DNA of 64,000 bases from Candidatus Altiarchaeota archaeon (GTDB lineage: Archaea > Altiarchaeota > Altiarchaeia > IMC4 > QMZM01). Position 1 is the first letter of the stretch; each line of letters begins with the position of its first letter. Positions 20,655 to 28,253 of this stretch are shown in pieces. The notes below the pieces were generated by a model. It saw only the letters and a list, made by a program, of their open reading frames with translations. It did not search any database and was not told the DNA's origin. The stretch is from positions 1-64,000 of the forward strand of contig JAFGDV010000002.1 in NCBI GenBank assembly GCA_016931955.1, read 5' to 3'. The translations under genes were made by a program, and so were the position numbers.

Positions 20655-20704
20655 ACATTAAGCCTTTATAAATTATTGATAGGAAAAAAACGACAGATGA
20701 CGAA

Positions 20705-21007
20705 TTACCTCACGTTGCCCCGAACCCAATCAATGAACTCCCTGTTTGCTTCAACCCCCATCCTGAGGATGCACGGAACCCTGTGGCTGTGGATTTCTCT
20801 CACAGCCCCTGCGACTTCGCTGAATCTCTTCTTCAAGGTCTTCGCAATTACCACGTATTCTTTGTCTTCTGTGATCTTGCCTTCCCACCAGTACATGCTC
20901 TCTATTGGGAAGAAGTTAGCGCAAGCTATCAGTCTCTTATCCAGGAGATGCTTTGCTATCTTCTCTGCCTCGGCTTTGCCCCTGCAGGTTATATATACCA
21001 GAATCAT
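20705..21007 (-). CDS. cutA: Divalent-cation tolerance protein CutA
   Basis: VYIT..AEKIA..LL..RLIACAN, SMYWWEGKI, E..HS..VPCI motifs. Confidence 0.92.
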   Translation of the reverse strand: MILVYITCRGKAEAEKIAKHLLDKRLIACANFFPIESMYWWEGKITEDKEYVVIAKTLKKRFSEVAGAVREIHSHRVPCILRMGVEANREFIDWVRGNVR

Positions 21008-21014
21008 CTGTAGA

Positions 21015-21173
21015 TCAGTCCAGTTCCCCCGACCTTATCTTTTCCACCAAGGTCTTCCATTCACTCTTCTTCAGGGTGCATAGATTCCCTTTTTCCCCGA
21101 TCCTTACTTCTTCTTTATCTACTTCCACTGCGGGGCAGCACTTGCAGGAGCCGCATAAGCTGATTACCTTCAT
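21015..21173 (-). CDS. Small Cys-rich protein, 52 aa (not in the ORF track)
   Basis: MKVISLCGSCKCCPAVEVDKEEVRIGEKGNLCTLKKSEWKTLVEKIRSGELD; strong SD AAGGAGGT upstream; stops 7 nt before cutA. Confidence 0.8.
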   Translation of the reverse strand: MKVISLCGSCKCCPAVEVDKEEVRIGEKGNLCTLKKSEWKTLVEKIRSGELD

Positions 21174-21227
21174 CTTTTTCAACCTCCTTTTTTAATTATT
21201 GTAGACCAGAGATTATTAACTAAGAGG

Positions 21228-21905
21228 ATGAAGTCTAAGGCTTTCAGGTACGGACCCAATGGAGTAGAAGAAGAAAACGTCACCGTATCCGACGAAGAAG
21301 TCTTCACCGTTTTCATCAACAACAAAGAGATCACACTCTCTGCTTCTCCCAGAGACTTGAGAGAGCTTGCTGTGGGCTTTGTCGTGTCCGAGGGATTCTC
21401 ACTCCATGAGGGGATAACCGACGTTGAAGTGGACGACAATAGGATATTGGTTGAGACTGGAGTCTGCGAGAATATCAAAGCCTCTAGGGTGTCTCATGGG
21501 CAGAAATTCCGTAGAGAGGTTATCTTGGACTCCCTCCGCTTCTTCAGGGAGTGTTCTGTTGAGTGGAAGCTCACCGGCGGAACTCACTCTGCTGCATTGG
21601 TCTCATCGGAGGGGGAATTATTGCGTTGTTTTGAGGATATTAGTAGGCGTAACTCTCTATACAAGATCATCGGCTGGGCTTTGTTGAACAATCAATCGCT
21701 GAGCAATAGATTTGTTCTTTTCACGGGCAGGGTTTCAGGTGATGTGGTGGAAAAGCTCGCAAGAGTTGGTGTTCCGTTAATCGTCTCCAACACGGCGCCG
21801 CTGTCCAAGGCAATAGAGTTCGCAGAAGAATACAATGTAACATTGATCGGATTCGCCCGACATCCTAGATTCACTGTATACAGTAATCCCTGGCGGATCA
21901 TCTAG
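21228..21905 (+). CDS. fdhD: Formate dehydrogenase accessory sulfurtransferase FdhD-like
   Basis: SP.DL.ELAVGF..SEG, TGGTHSAA, EDISRRN...K.IG, TGRVS, TLIGFAR motifs. Confidence 0.85.
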   Translation: MKSKAFRYGPNGVEEENVTVSDEEVFTVFINNKEITLSASPRDLRELAVGFVVSEGFSLHEGITDVEVDDNRILVETGVCENIKASRVSHGQKFRREVILDSLRFFRECSVEWKLTGGTHSAALVSSEGELLRCFEDISRRNSLYKIIGWALLNNQSLSNRFVLFTGRVSGDVVEKLARVGVPLIVSNTAPLSKAIEFAEEYNVTLIGFARHPRFTVYSNPWRII

Positions 21906-22126
21906 ACGGCTTCGACTTTCACTATCTCTGGGGCTTCTTTTTTAACGGCTGTTTCGACTAAAGCCTTAAGGGTCATCTGAGCCATAGGGCAGCCGGCACA
22001 GGAACCCTGCAACTTCACCTTAACTACGTTGTCTTTCACGTCAACCAGCTTAATGTCGCCGCCGTCAATCTGCAAGGCAAGCCTCACCTTGTCAAGAGCC
22101 TTCTCAACCCTCTTTTTAGTGTCCAT
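21902..22126 (-). CDS. NifU/Nfu-type Fe-S cluster carrier domain protein
   Basis: VR..LQ.DGGDI.LVDV...GSCAGCPMAQMTLK; ATG at 22126. Confidence 0.92.
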   Translation of the reverse strand: MDTKKRVEKALDKVRLALQIDGGDIKLVDVKDNVVKVKLQGSCAGCPMAQMTLKALVETAVKKEAPEIVKVEAV

Positions 22127-22127
22127 T

Positions 22128-22628
22128 TTACTGCTGCATCTCAATCTCAGTCGTCGAAGACGCAATAACCTCACTATTATATATTACATCAACGTTTACA
22201 TTATATGAGCCCGGTTGTATGCCCGCACAACCATAACAGCGAGGCGTCTGATAGGAGAAACTCTTCTGGTTCAATCCCCTTAAAAGCGCCATAGACTCAG
22301 TCTTATCAATCCGGTAGTAACCAGCGCTGATGCCGTATATCCTAAGCAGAACATCAAGGTCATGGGAGCTGTCCACGACAACGTTAATGCTCATGAGCTC
22401 ATTGGAGTGGTAAACATCCTTGTCGGTTGAAAGAGATATGTTGATTTCAGGATTCTGCACAAGAGGGCGTGTGGTGGTAGTTGATTGTGCAGTAGTCGAG
22501 GTTGTGGTTGCCTTCGTCGTGGTCGTCATCTGAGAGGAAACCTGAGTTGTAGTGGCTTCATCCACTTTTTGCCGAATGCATGCACTGAATAACAGAATAA
22601 CAACGAACACATAAGCCCATTTTATCAT
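22128..22628 (-). CDS. Putative lipoprotein: Thr-rich linker plus beta-sandwich domain with CYGC
   Basis: Lipobox-like LFSAC, Thr tract, TDKDVY, PRCYGC; paralog of the next gene. Confidence 0.75.
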   Translation of the reverse strand: MIKWAYVFVVILLFSACIRQKVDEATTTQVSSQMTTTTKATTTSTTAQSTTTTRPLVQNPEINISLSTDKDVYHSNELMSINVVVDSSHDLDVLLRIYGISAGYYRIDKTESMALLRGLNQKSFSYQTPRCYGCAGIQPGSYNVNVDVIYNSEVIASSTTEIEMQQ

Positions 22629-22677
22629 ACTATATCTTAATGATTTTCTGTTTAAAAACTCGTGTTCGCTTAAGCTG

Positions 22678-23202
22678 TCAGCTTAACTCTATTTCAGTGA
22701 CTGCGGTGGCAAGGATCTCCTCTTCGTATATAACCTCCACGGTGATCGGGTAGACGCCCGGAGAGATTGCATTACACCCATAACAGTCAGGCAATCTGTA
22801 ACTGAATTCCACCACCGTGATGCCTTCCTCAAGACTTATCTCCCTGCTTCTCTCTATGTGATAGGGGTAGTAAAGCCCCTCAATCCCATAAACCTTGATC
22901 TGTGCACCTTCAAGGATACTAGAACTGTTGACCTCCACAGTGATGTTCATGAGCTCATATGGGCGATAGACTCTCTTGTCCGTGAACAATGTTACCGAGA
23001 TGTTCCAGTCAACGGGCAGTGTCGTGCTCGTTGTCGTAGTCGTTGTAGTTGTCGTAGTAGTAGATGTTGTCGTAGTGGTGGTCGTTGTCGTGGACGTCGA
23101 AGTCACAGTGGAAGACGTCGTATCACCCACTTGGTCTCCAATGCATCCACTGAATACCGCCTGAAAGAGTACCAAAGACACTAAAATACCTGCTTTTTTC
23201 AT
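22678..23202 (-). CDS. Putative lipoprotein: poly-Thr linker plus beta-sandwich domain with CYGC
   Basis: Lipobox FSGC, poly-Thr, TDKRVY, PDCYGC; paralog of the previous gene. Confidence 0.75.
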   Translation of the reverse strand: MKKAGILVSLVLFQAVFSGCIGDQVGDTTSSTVTSTSTTTTTTTTTSTTTTTTTTTTTSTTLPVDWNISVTLFTDKRVYRPYELMNITVEVNSSSILEGAQIKVYGIEGLYYPYHIERSREISLEEGITVVEFSYRLPDCYGCNAISPGVYPITVEVIYEEEILATAVTEIELS

Positions 23203-23239
23203 GAGTAAATAATCCTTTGATTAGCCAATTAAAAGTTCG

Positions 23240-24145
23240 CTAATGGTGGCCGTATTTCTCCTTCAGTCTACGCAAATCCTCATGTGTGTGCTCGTGCAGG
23301 TGGAGGTGAATGTGCCCGCCTTCAGTTTCAATGGAATCAGTAAGATACTTAACGGCTTCGTCCATGGAGAGGGGAAGACTAGAGCAGTTGTAGCCGAAAC
23401 AGGACAGGACCTCGAACAAGTAGGTGATTGGAGGAATTTCAAGGTTTGCCTTCTTCAACAACTCTGTGTTCAGGAATATTTCCTTAGGAGTGCCTTCAGC
23501 AATAATCTTTCTATCTAATACGTAGACCCTGTCCGCTAATCCTGGGACAAGGGATACGTCATGGGTTGAGATGATTACTGTCTTACCCCTCTCTTTGAGG
23601 TCTCTCATCACCCCCACAAGGTCTCTCCTGCTCTTGGGGTCGAGGTTCGCGGTAGGCTCATCCAAAACGATGATCTCTGGATCCATGGATAATATCGTTG
23701 CAAGAGCCGCCTTCTTTTTCTCCCCCAGACTCAGCTGATGCGGGTACCTGTTTTCGTATCCGCTCAGGCCGACTTTTTCCAGCGCCGAACTCACTCGCCT
23801 TTCAACTTCCCCACGATCCAGACCCATATTTATGGGACCGAATGCTACGTCATCGAAGATTGTAGGCATGAACAACTGGTCATCAGGGTGCTGGAAGACC
23901 ACGCCGATTTCTTTTATGAGCTCAGACCTCTTCTTCTCTCTTATGTTTCTGCCGAAGACTTCTATCGAGCCTTTACCGGATAATACGCCGTTCAGGTGCA
24001 GCAGCAGGGTGGATTTTCCGGCGCCGTTTGGTCCGAGAAGTGCAATTGATTCTCCTCTGAGTATATCCAGGGATACATCATTGAGGGCGACGGTTCCTCC
24101 AGGGTATCCGTAGCTTAGATTCTTTATTGATATTATCTCCTCCAT
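23240..24145 (-). CDS. cbiO: Ni/Co ECF transporter ATPase (CbiO/NikO) with His-rich tail
   Basis: GPNGAGKST, VFQHPDDQLF, LSLGEKK, LDEPT motifs; C-terminal HIHLHLHEHTH; ATG at 24145. Confidence 0.9.
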   Translation of the reverse strand: MEEIISIKNLSYGYPGGTVALNDVSLDILRGESIALLGPNGAGKSTLLLHLNGVLSGKGSIEVFGRNIREKKRSELIKEIGVVFQHPDDQLFMPTIFDDVAFGPINMGLDRGEVERRVSSALEKVGLSGYENRYPHQLSLGEKKKAALATILSMDPEIIVLDEPTANLDPKSRRDLVGVMRDLKERGKTVIISTHDVSLVPGLADRVYVLDRKIIAEGTPKEIFLNTELLKKANLEIPPITYLFEVLSCFGYNCSSLPLSMDEAVKYLTDSIETEGGHIHLHLHEHTHEDLRRLKEKYGHH

Positions 24146-24147
24146 CT

Positions 24148-24912
24148 TTAGATGAACCTCACCACAACTGCGGCTGCTATAAAGAAGGCTGCGAATATCC
24201 CATCCAGCGCCCTTATTTTGAAGTCGTCGAGCGTCTTTATGCTTCCGGTGAATCCGCGCGACAACATCGCATTGTAGATGCGTTCCCCCCGCCCATAGCT
24301 TCTGATGAAGAGGTTTCCTATTATATCCCCAACAGTCTCTATATGCCACCTTCTGTTTCCGCCGGAGCTCCGCAGATCCCTTGCGCGTTTCATTCTCATC
24401 GTCTCGTCGACTAAAACAGTCATGTAACGACACATGAATGAGATAGTTAAAACCATGATCTTAGGCATTTTGAGGCTTTCAAATCCTCGGATTAGCCTTG
24501 GAAAGGGCGTCGTCGACGTCAGGACTATCATCGACAGAACAGACAAGTAGGACTTGGCGAACACACCAATCAGGGTCTCCAAGCCCCTGTGTGTCACGTT
24601 AAGCTGCAAGAATCTGAGGTCGTATGATGCCATAACCTCACCTCCTTGGATGAATGGGAGGGATAAAAATACCAGTAGGACGAATGGAATCACTGTGAGG
24701 GAGCGCCTGAATACGAAGGAAAGAGGCACCCTCGACAGTATTACGACTGAGGATATGAGCAAGAAATAGGTGGAGAACCTGCTGCCTTCATCTGCCGGAG
24801 TTGAGACTACTAGGAAGATAAAAAAGATGAGGGATAGCGTCTTAATCCGAGGATCTATCCCATGTATTATGCTCTTAACATCGCCGTATTTGTTGGATAG
24901 GTCATGTTGCAT
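24148..24912 (-). CDS. cbiQ: Ni/Co ECF transporter T component (CbiQ/NikQ)
   Basis: IHGIDPRIK, ARDLR, AMLSRGF motifs. Confidence 0.9.
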   Translation of the reverse strand: MQHDLSNKYGDVKSIIHGIDPRIKTLSLIFFIFLVVSTPADEGSRFSTYFLLISSVVILSRVPLSFVFRRSLTVIPFVLLVFLSLPFIQGGEVMASYDLRFLQLNVTHRGLETLIGVFAKSYLSVLSMIVLTSTTPFPRLIRGFESLKMPKIMVLTISFMCRYMTVLVDETMRMKRARDLRSSGGNRRWHIETVGDIIGNLFIRSYGRGERIYNAMLSRGFTGSIKTLDDFKIRALDGIFAAFFIAAAVVVRFI

Positions 24913-25201
24913 TATTTGTCCCGCCCCTGAATGCCTTCCCCAAGAGTATGCCCGCCCCGAAAAGCATTAGGGTTCCTGTTACGCCTGCAAGTGAAGCAGA
25001 TAAAACCTCATTCTCTATTCCAGGTATGATGTAGTCGGGCATTGGAGATTCCATTACCTCATGCCCTTCCCCATGTTCGAGGAAGCCCTTGTCTTCTGCA
25101 ACCCTTTCGAGACCATCCGGGTCTGGTGACGCATACAGCGAGATCACGGCAGCCATTATTAATGCCACAACTAGTCCGAAAATCCAGTAGTTATCTCTCA
25201 T
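24902..25201 (-). CDS. PDGLE-domain protein (NikN-like ECF auxiliary subunit)
   Basis: ASPDPDGLERVA and PMPDY motifs, two TM helices. Confidence 0.9.
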   Translation of the reverse strand: MRDNYWIFGLVVALIMAAVISLYASPDPDGLERVAEDKGFLEHGEGHEVMESPMPDYIIPGIENEVLSASLAGVTGTLMLFGAGILLGKAFRGGTNNAT

Positions 25202-25213
25202 CTTTTTTCCACC

Positions 25214-25849
25214 TCATATTTTCTGAAGCTCCAAGAGGTCGGGTCTCGTCTTAAGTATGAAGGCGACGACTACAACACTCACAGCAGCCTCTATCAAACC
25301 TATTATCATGTGTATTGAAACCATCGCAGGCAGAACCACTCCTATAGGTATTATGCCAGATGCTGCAATCTCTATAGAAGTCGCTGCCGAGGCTAGGACT
25401 ACTGCAAGCCAAGCTGCAACAGCAATTGCTGGAAACCTTCCTGAGTCGCCTTTGACAATATTCTTTATTGTATAGTATATGTAGTAGCCGCCTACTGTCC
25501 CGATCAAACCCATGTTGAATATGTTCGCCCCAAGAGTTGTTATTCCCCCATCTTGGAAGAATACGCCTTGAACTATGAAGACTGTCGCCATTATTATAGA
25601 CGCAGAGAATGGTCCGAGGATAACTGCAGCCAAGACACCACCCAGCATGTGCCCGGATGTTCCTCCCGCAACTGGGGTGTTCAGCATCTGCGCTGCAAAG
25701 ATGAATGCTGCGAGAACACCCAGCATTGGGACGTGTTTTTCCCCTAATCGTTCGTTGGTCTTCCATATTGCGTAACCTAAAACAGCTACGGCCAATGCCC
25801 ACATTATGAGCCAAACCTCAGTGCTTAGAAATCCGTCAGGTATGTGCAT
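25214..25849 (-). CDS. cbiM: Ni/Co ECF transporter S component (CbiM/NikM)
   Basis: Metal-binding N-terminus MHIPDG at 25849, GTSGH, DGGITTLGAN. Confidence 0.93.
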   Translation of the reverse strand: MHIPDGFLSTEVWLIMWALAVAVLGYAIWKTNERLGEKHVPMLGVLAAFIFAAQMLNTPVAGGTSGHMLGGVLAAVILGPFSASIIMATVFIVQGVFFQDGGITTLGANIFNMGLIGTVGGYYIYYTIKNIVKGDSGRFPAIAVAAWLAVVLASAATSIEIAASGIIPIGVVLPAMVSIHMIIGLIEAAVSVVVVAFILKTRPDLLELQKI

Positions 25850-25890
25850 TTTTTCACCAGTAATATTTTTTTTGTAATGGTATAATTTTA

Positions 25891-25917
25891 GTAATACTAA
25901 TATAAAAATAGTAATAT
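25891..25917. promoter_or_regulatory. Putative NikR-type operator between the divergent cbiM/nikM and hypF
   Basis: GTAATAC-N13-GTAATAT, i.e. TAATA-N15-TAATA, matching the TRWYA-N15-TRWYA half-site spacing described for H. pylori NikR. The region is AT-rich. Confidence 0.45.
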
Positions 25918-25956
25918 TCGAGGTTTTCATTAAGAACTACCAATATAGGGATAGAG

Positions 25957-28197
25957 ATGCACAAGAACGCCATCATCCGGATCTCAGGGATAGTGCAGGG
26001 TGTCGGCTTCAGGCCCTTCATCTACAGGATTGCGAAAAAGCACAAGATAAAAGGCTATGTGAAAAACCTTGGAGACGCCGGAATCGAGATCCTTGCAGAG
26101 GGAGACATAGAAGCCTTCGTAAGGGATGTAGGGGAGAAGAAACCAGCTAACGCCCACATAGACAATCTGTCTATTGAACTTATTAAGTCCGAAAAAAAAT
26201 TCACCGACTTCCAGATCACCAAAAGCGGCGGCACAGGATATGGTGGAAGCATCCCGGCAGACACTGCCGTCTGCAATAGATGCCTAAAAGAGCTCCGCTC
26301 TAGGAAGAATAGGAGACACCTTTATCCATTGATTACGTGCACTGACTGCGGTCCAAGGTTCACGACACTTGATCACATCCCACTGGATCGAGACAACACT
26401 TCATTCAAGGATTTCCCCCCATGCAGAGAATGCCGAAGGGAATACAAGAATCCGGAGGATAGAAGATTCCATGCGCAGACCATCGCCTGCCCAGTCTGCG
26501 GACCCAGGTACTCTTTAGTGGATAAGGAGGGAAAAGAGATCCCTAATCCAGTGGATTCCGCAGTAAAAAAACTCAAAGAGGGGGGGATTCTGGCAATAAA
26601 AGGCATCGGTGGGATGCATCTGGCATGCCTGACTTCAAGGGATGACATCCTTGAGGAACTGAGGAACAGGCTTAGAAGACCACAGCAGCCATTCTCAATC
26701 ATGGCAACCCAAGAGATGGTAGAAGGCTTCACTGGGGTATCCAGGGAGGAGATAGGACTCCTGTCCTCAAAGGAGAGACCCATCGTAGTACTAAGAAAGA
26801 GCATAGACTACAGGCTTTCAGATCTTATCTCACCCGGACTGCACAATATAGGGGTGATGCTACCCTATACCGCCCTGCATCACCTACTGTTTGGAGGAAT
26901 AGATGAACCCTTGGTGATGACCTCCGCTAATGTCCACGGAGAACCCATGATAACAGGGGATGAGGACATATTCAAGTATAAGACAGCAGACTATTATCTC
27001 CTACATAATCTGGAAATCATCAACAGATGCGATGACTCAGTGATAAAATTGGTTAATGGGAAAAGTGCGTTCATCAGGAGAAGCAGGGGCTTTGTTCCTG
27101 TACCGATCAAGGTGGGCTTGGATAAGAACGTTCTTGCGTTGGGGGCTGAGATAAACAATACCTTCTGTCTTCTAAGGGATGGAAACGCTGTTCTGAGTCA
27201 GCATATAGGGAACACTCAACGTGCTGCGACCCTTGAATTTATGGAGAATACAATCGGAAGATTCCTCGAAATGATGCCCACGAGGATAGATTTAATAGCC
27301 TGCGACCTGCATCCAACATTCAACACAAGCCGCCTCGCCAAGGAGCTCGGCAGGGAGATGGGGATCCCAGTAGTCAGGGTACAGCATCATCATGCTCATT
27401 TAGCCTCCCTGTTGGCCGAACACCACCTGGAGGGAGTAGTTGGGATATGCTGTGACGGCGTAGGCTATGGGGAAGACGGTCGCCCATGGGGTGGAGAAGT
27501 CATCTCCTCCAAGAACGGCGTCTTCAAGAGGCAGGGTCACCTGAGGGAGCAGAGGATGCCTGGAGGGGATACTGCAGCCTATTATCCGGCTAGGATGGTC
27601 GCTGGGATACTCTATGGGAGGCTTAGTGTGGGGGAGCTTGTGAAGACCCTGGAGCCGCTCTACTTCAAACATGGTAGTCAGGAGGTCCAAGTTGTCGTTA
27701 AGCAGTTGGAGAATGATGTGAATGTTCAGTGGACGACTTCCGCTGGCAGGGTTCTGGATGCAGTATCAGCATTGCTTGGAGTCTGCCAGTATAGGAGCTA
27801 CGAGGGTGAACCAGCCATGAAGTTGGAGGCTGCCGCGATCGGTGGGAAAGAAATCGATTTCCCGGTGAAGGTGGAGGATAACGTGCTTAACACTACCTTG
27901 ATAGTGGAGAGGGTTCTCGAGCTCAGAGACTCACACCCTCTCAAGGATATTGCTTTCTCGGCTCAGAGGGCGCTGGCTGAAGGTCTTGCATTGATTGCTG
28001 TGGACGTTGCTGAAAAGAACACTATAGACACCATTGGTGTGTCTGGAGGCGTCGCATACAATAATCTTATTGTGAGGACCATCGCAGAATACGTGAGGGA
28101 AAAGGGCTTCAGGTTCGTACAAAACGAGAGCGTCCCCTGTGGGGATGGGGGAATCTCCTTCGGGCAGGCGGTTTATGCCGTGATTAGAAAAGACTGA
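25957..28197 (+). CDS. hypF: Hydrogenase maturation carbamoyltransferase HypF
   Basis: GIVQGVGFRPF acylphosphatase domain, two Zn fingers, KGIGG, QHHHAH, PCGDGGISFGQ. Confidence 0.97.
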   Translation: MHKNAIIRISGIVQGVGFRPFIYRIAKKHKIKGYVKNLGDAGIEILAEGDIEAFVRDVGEKKPANAHIDNLSIELIKSEKKFTDFQITKSGGTGYGGSIPADTAVCNRCLKELRSRKNRRHLYPLITCTDCGPRFTTLDHIPLDRDNTSFKDFPPCRECRREYKNPEDRRFHAQTIACPVCGPRYSLVDKEGKEIPNPVDSAVKKLKEGGILAIKGIGGMHLACLTSRDDILEELRNRLRRPQQPFSIMATQEMVEGFTGVSREEIGLLSSKERPIVVLRKSIDYRLSDLISPGLHNIGVMLPYTALHHLLFGGIDEPLVMTSANVHGEPMITGDEDIFKYKTADYYLLHNLEIINRCDDSVIKLVNGKSAFIRRSRGFVPVPIKVGLDKNVLALGAEINNTFCLLRDGNAVLSQHIGNTQRAATLEFMENTIGRFLEMMPTRIDLIACDLHPTFNTSRLAKELGREMGIPVVRVQHHHAHLASLLAEHHLEGVVGICCDGVGYGEDGRPWGGEVISSKNGVFKRQGHLREQRMPGGDTAAYYPARMVAGILYGRLSVGELVKTLEPLYFKHGSQEVQVVVKQLENDVNVQWTTSAGRVLDAVSALLGVCQYRSYEGEPAMKLEAAAIGGKEIDFPVKVEDNVLNTTLIVERVLELRDSHPLKDIAFSAQRALAEGLALIAVDVAEKNTIDTIGVSGGVAYNNLIVRTIAEYVREKGFRFVQNESVPCGDGGISFGQAVYAVIRKD

Positions 28198-28225
28198 GCT
28201 TGTTATTTATATCATCGAGGGTATA

Positions 28226-28247
28226 TTATAATGATTATTCATTATAA
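28226..28247. promoter_or_regulatory. Palindromic operator candidate upstream of hdrA-mvhD
   Basis: TTATAATGA-TTAT-TCATTATAA (9-bp arms), downstream of a TATA box (TTTATAT, 28206-28212). Confidence 0.6.
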
Positions 28248-28253
28248 ATATCG

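Noticed and set aside
24146-24433. N-terminal extensions in the ORF track for cbiO, and likewise cbiM, larA, mvhG, the nitrilase and the wHTH
   Set aside because: They overlap neighbouring genes or promoters; family-typical N-termini and SD sites point to downstream ATGs.
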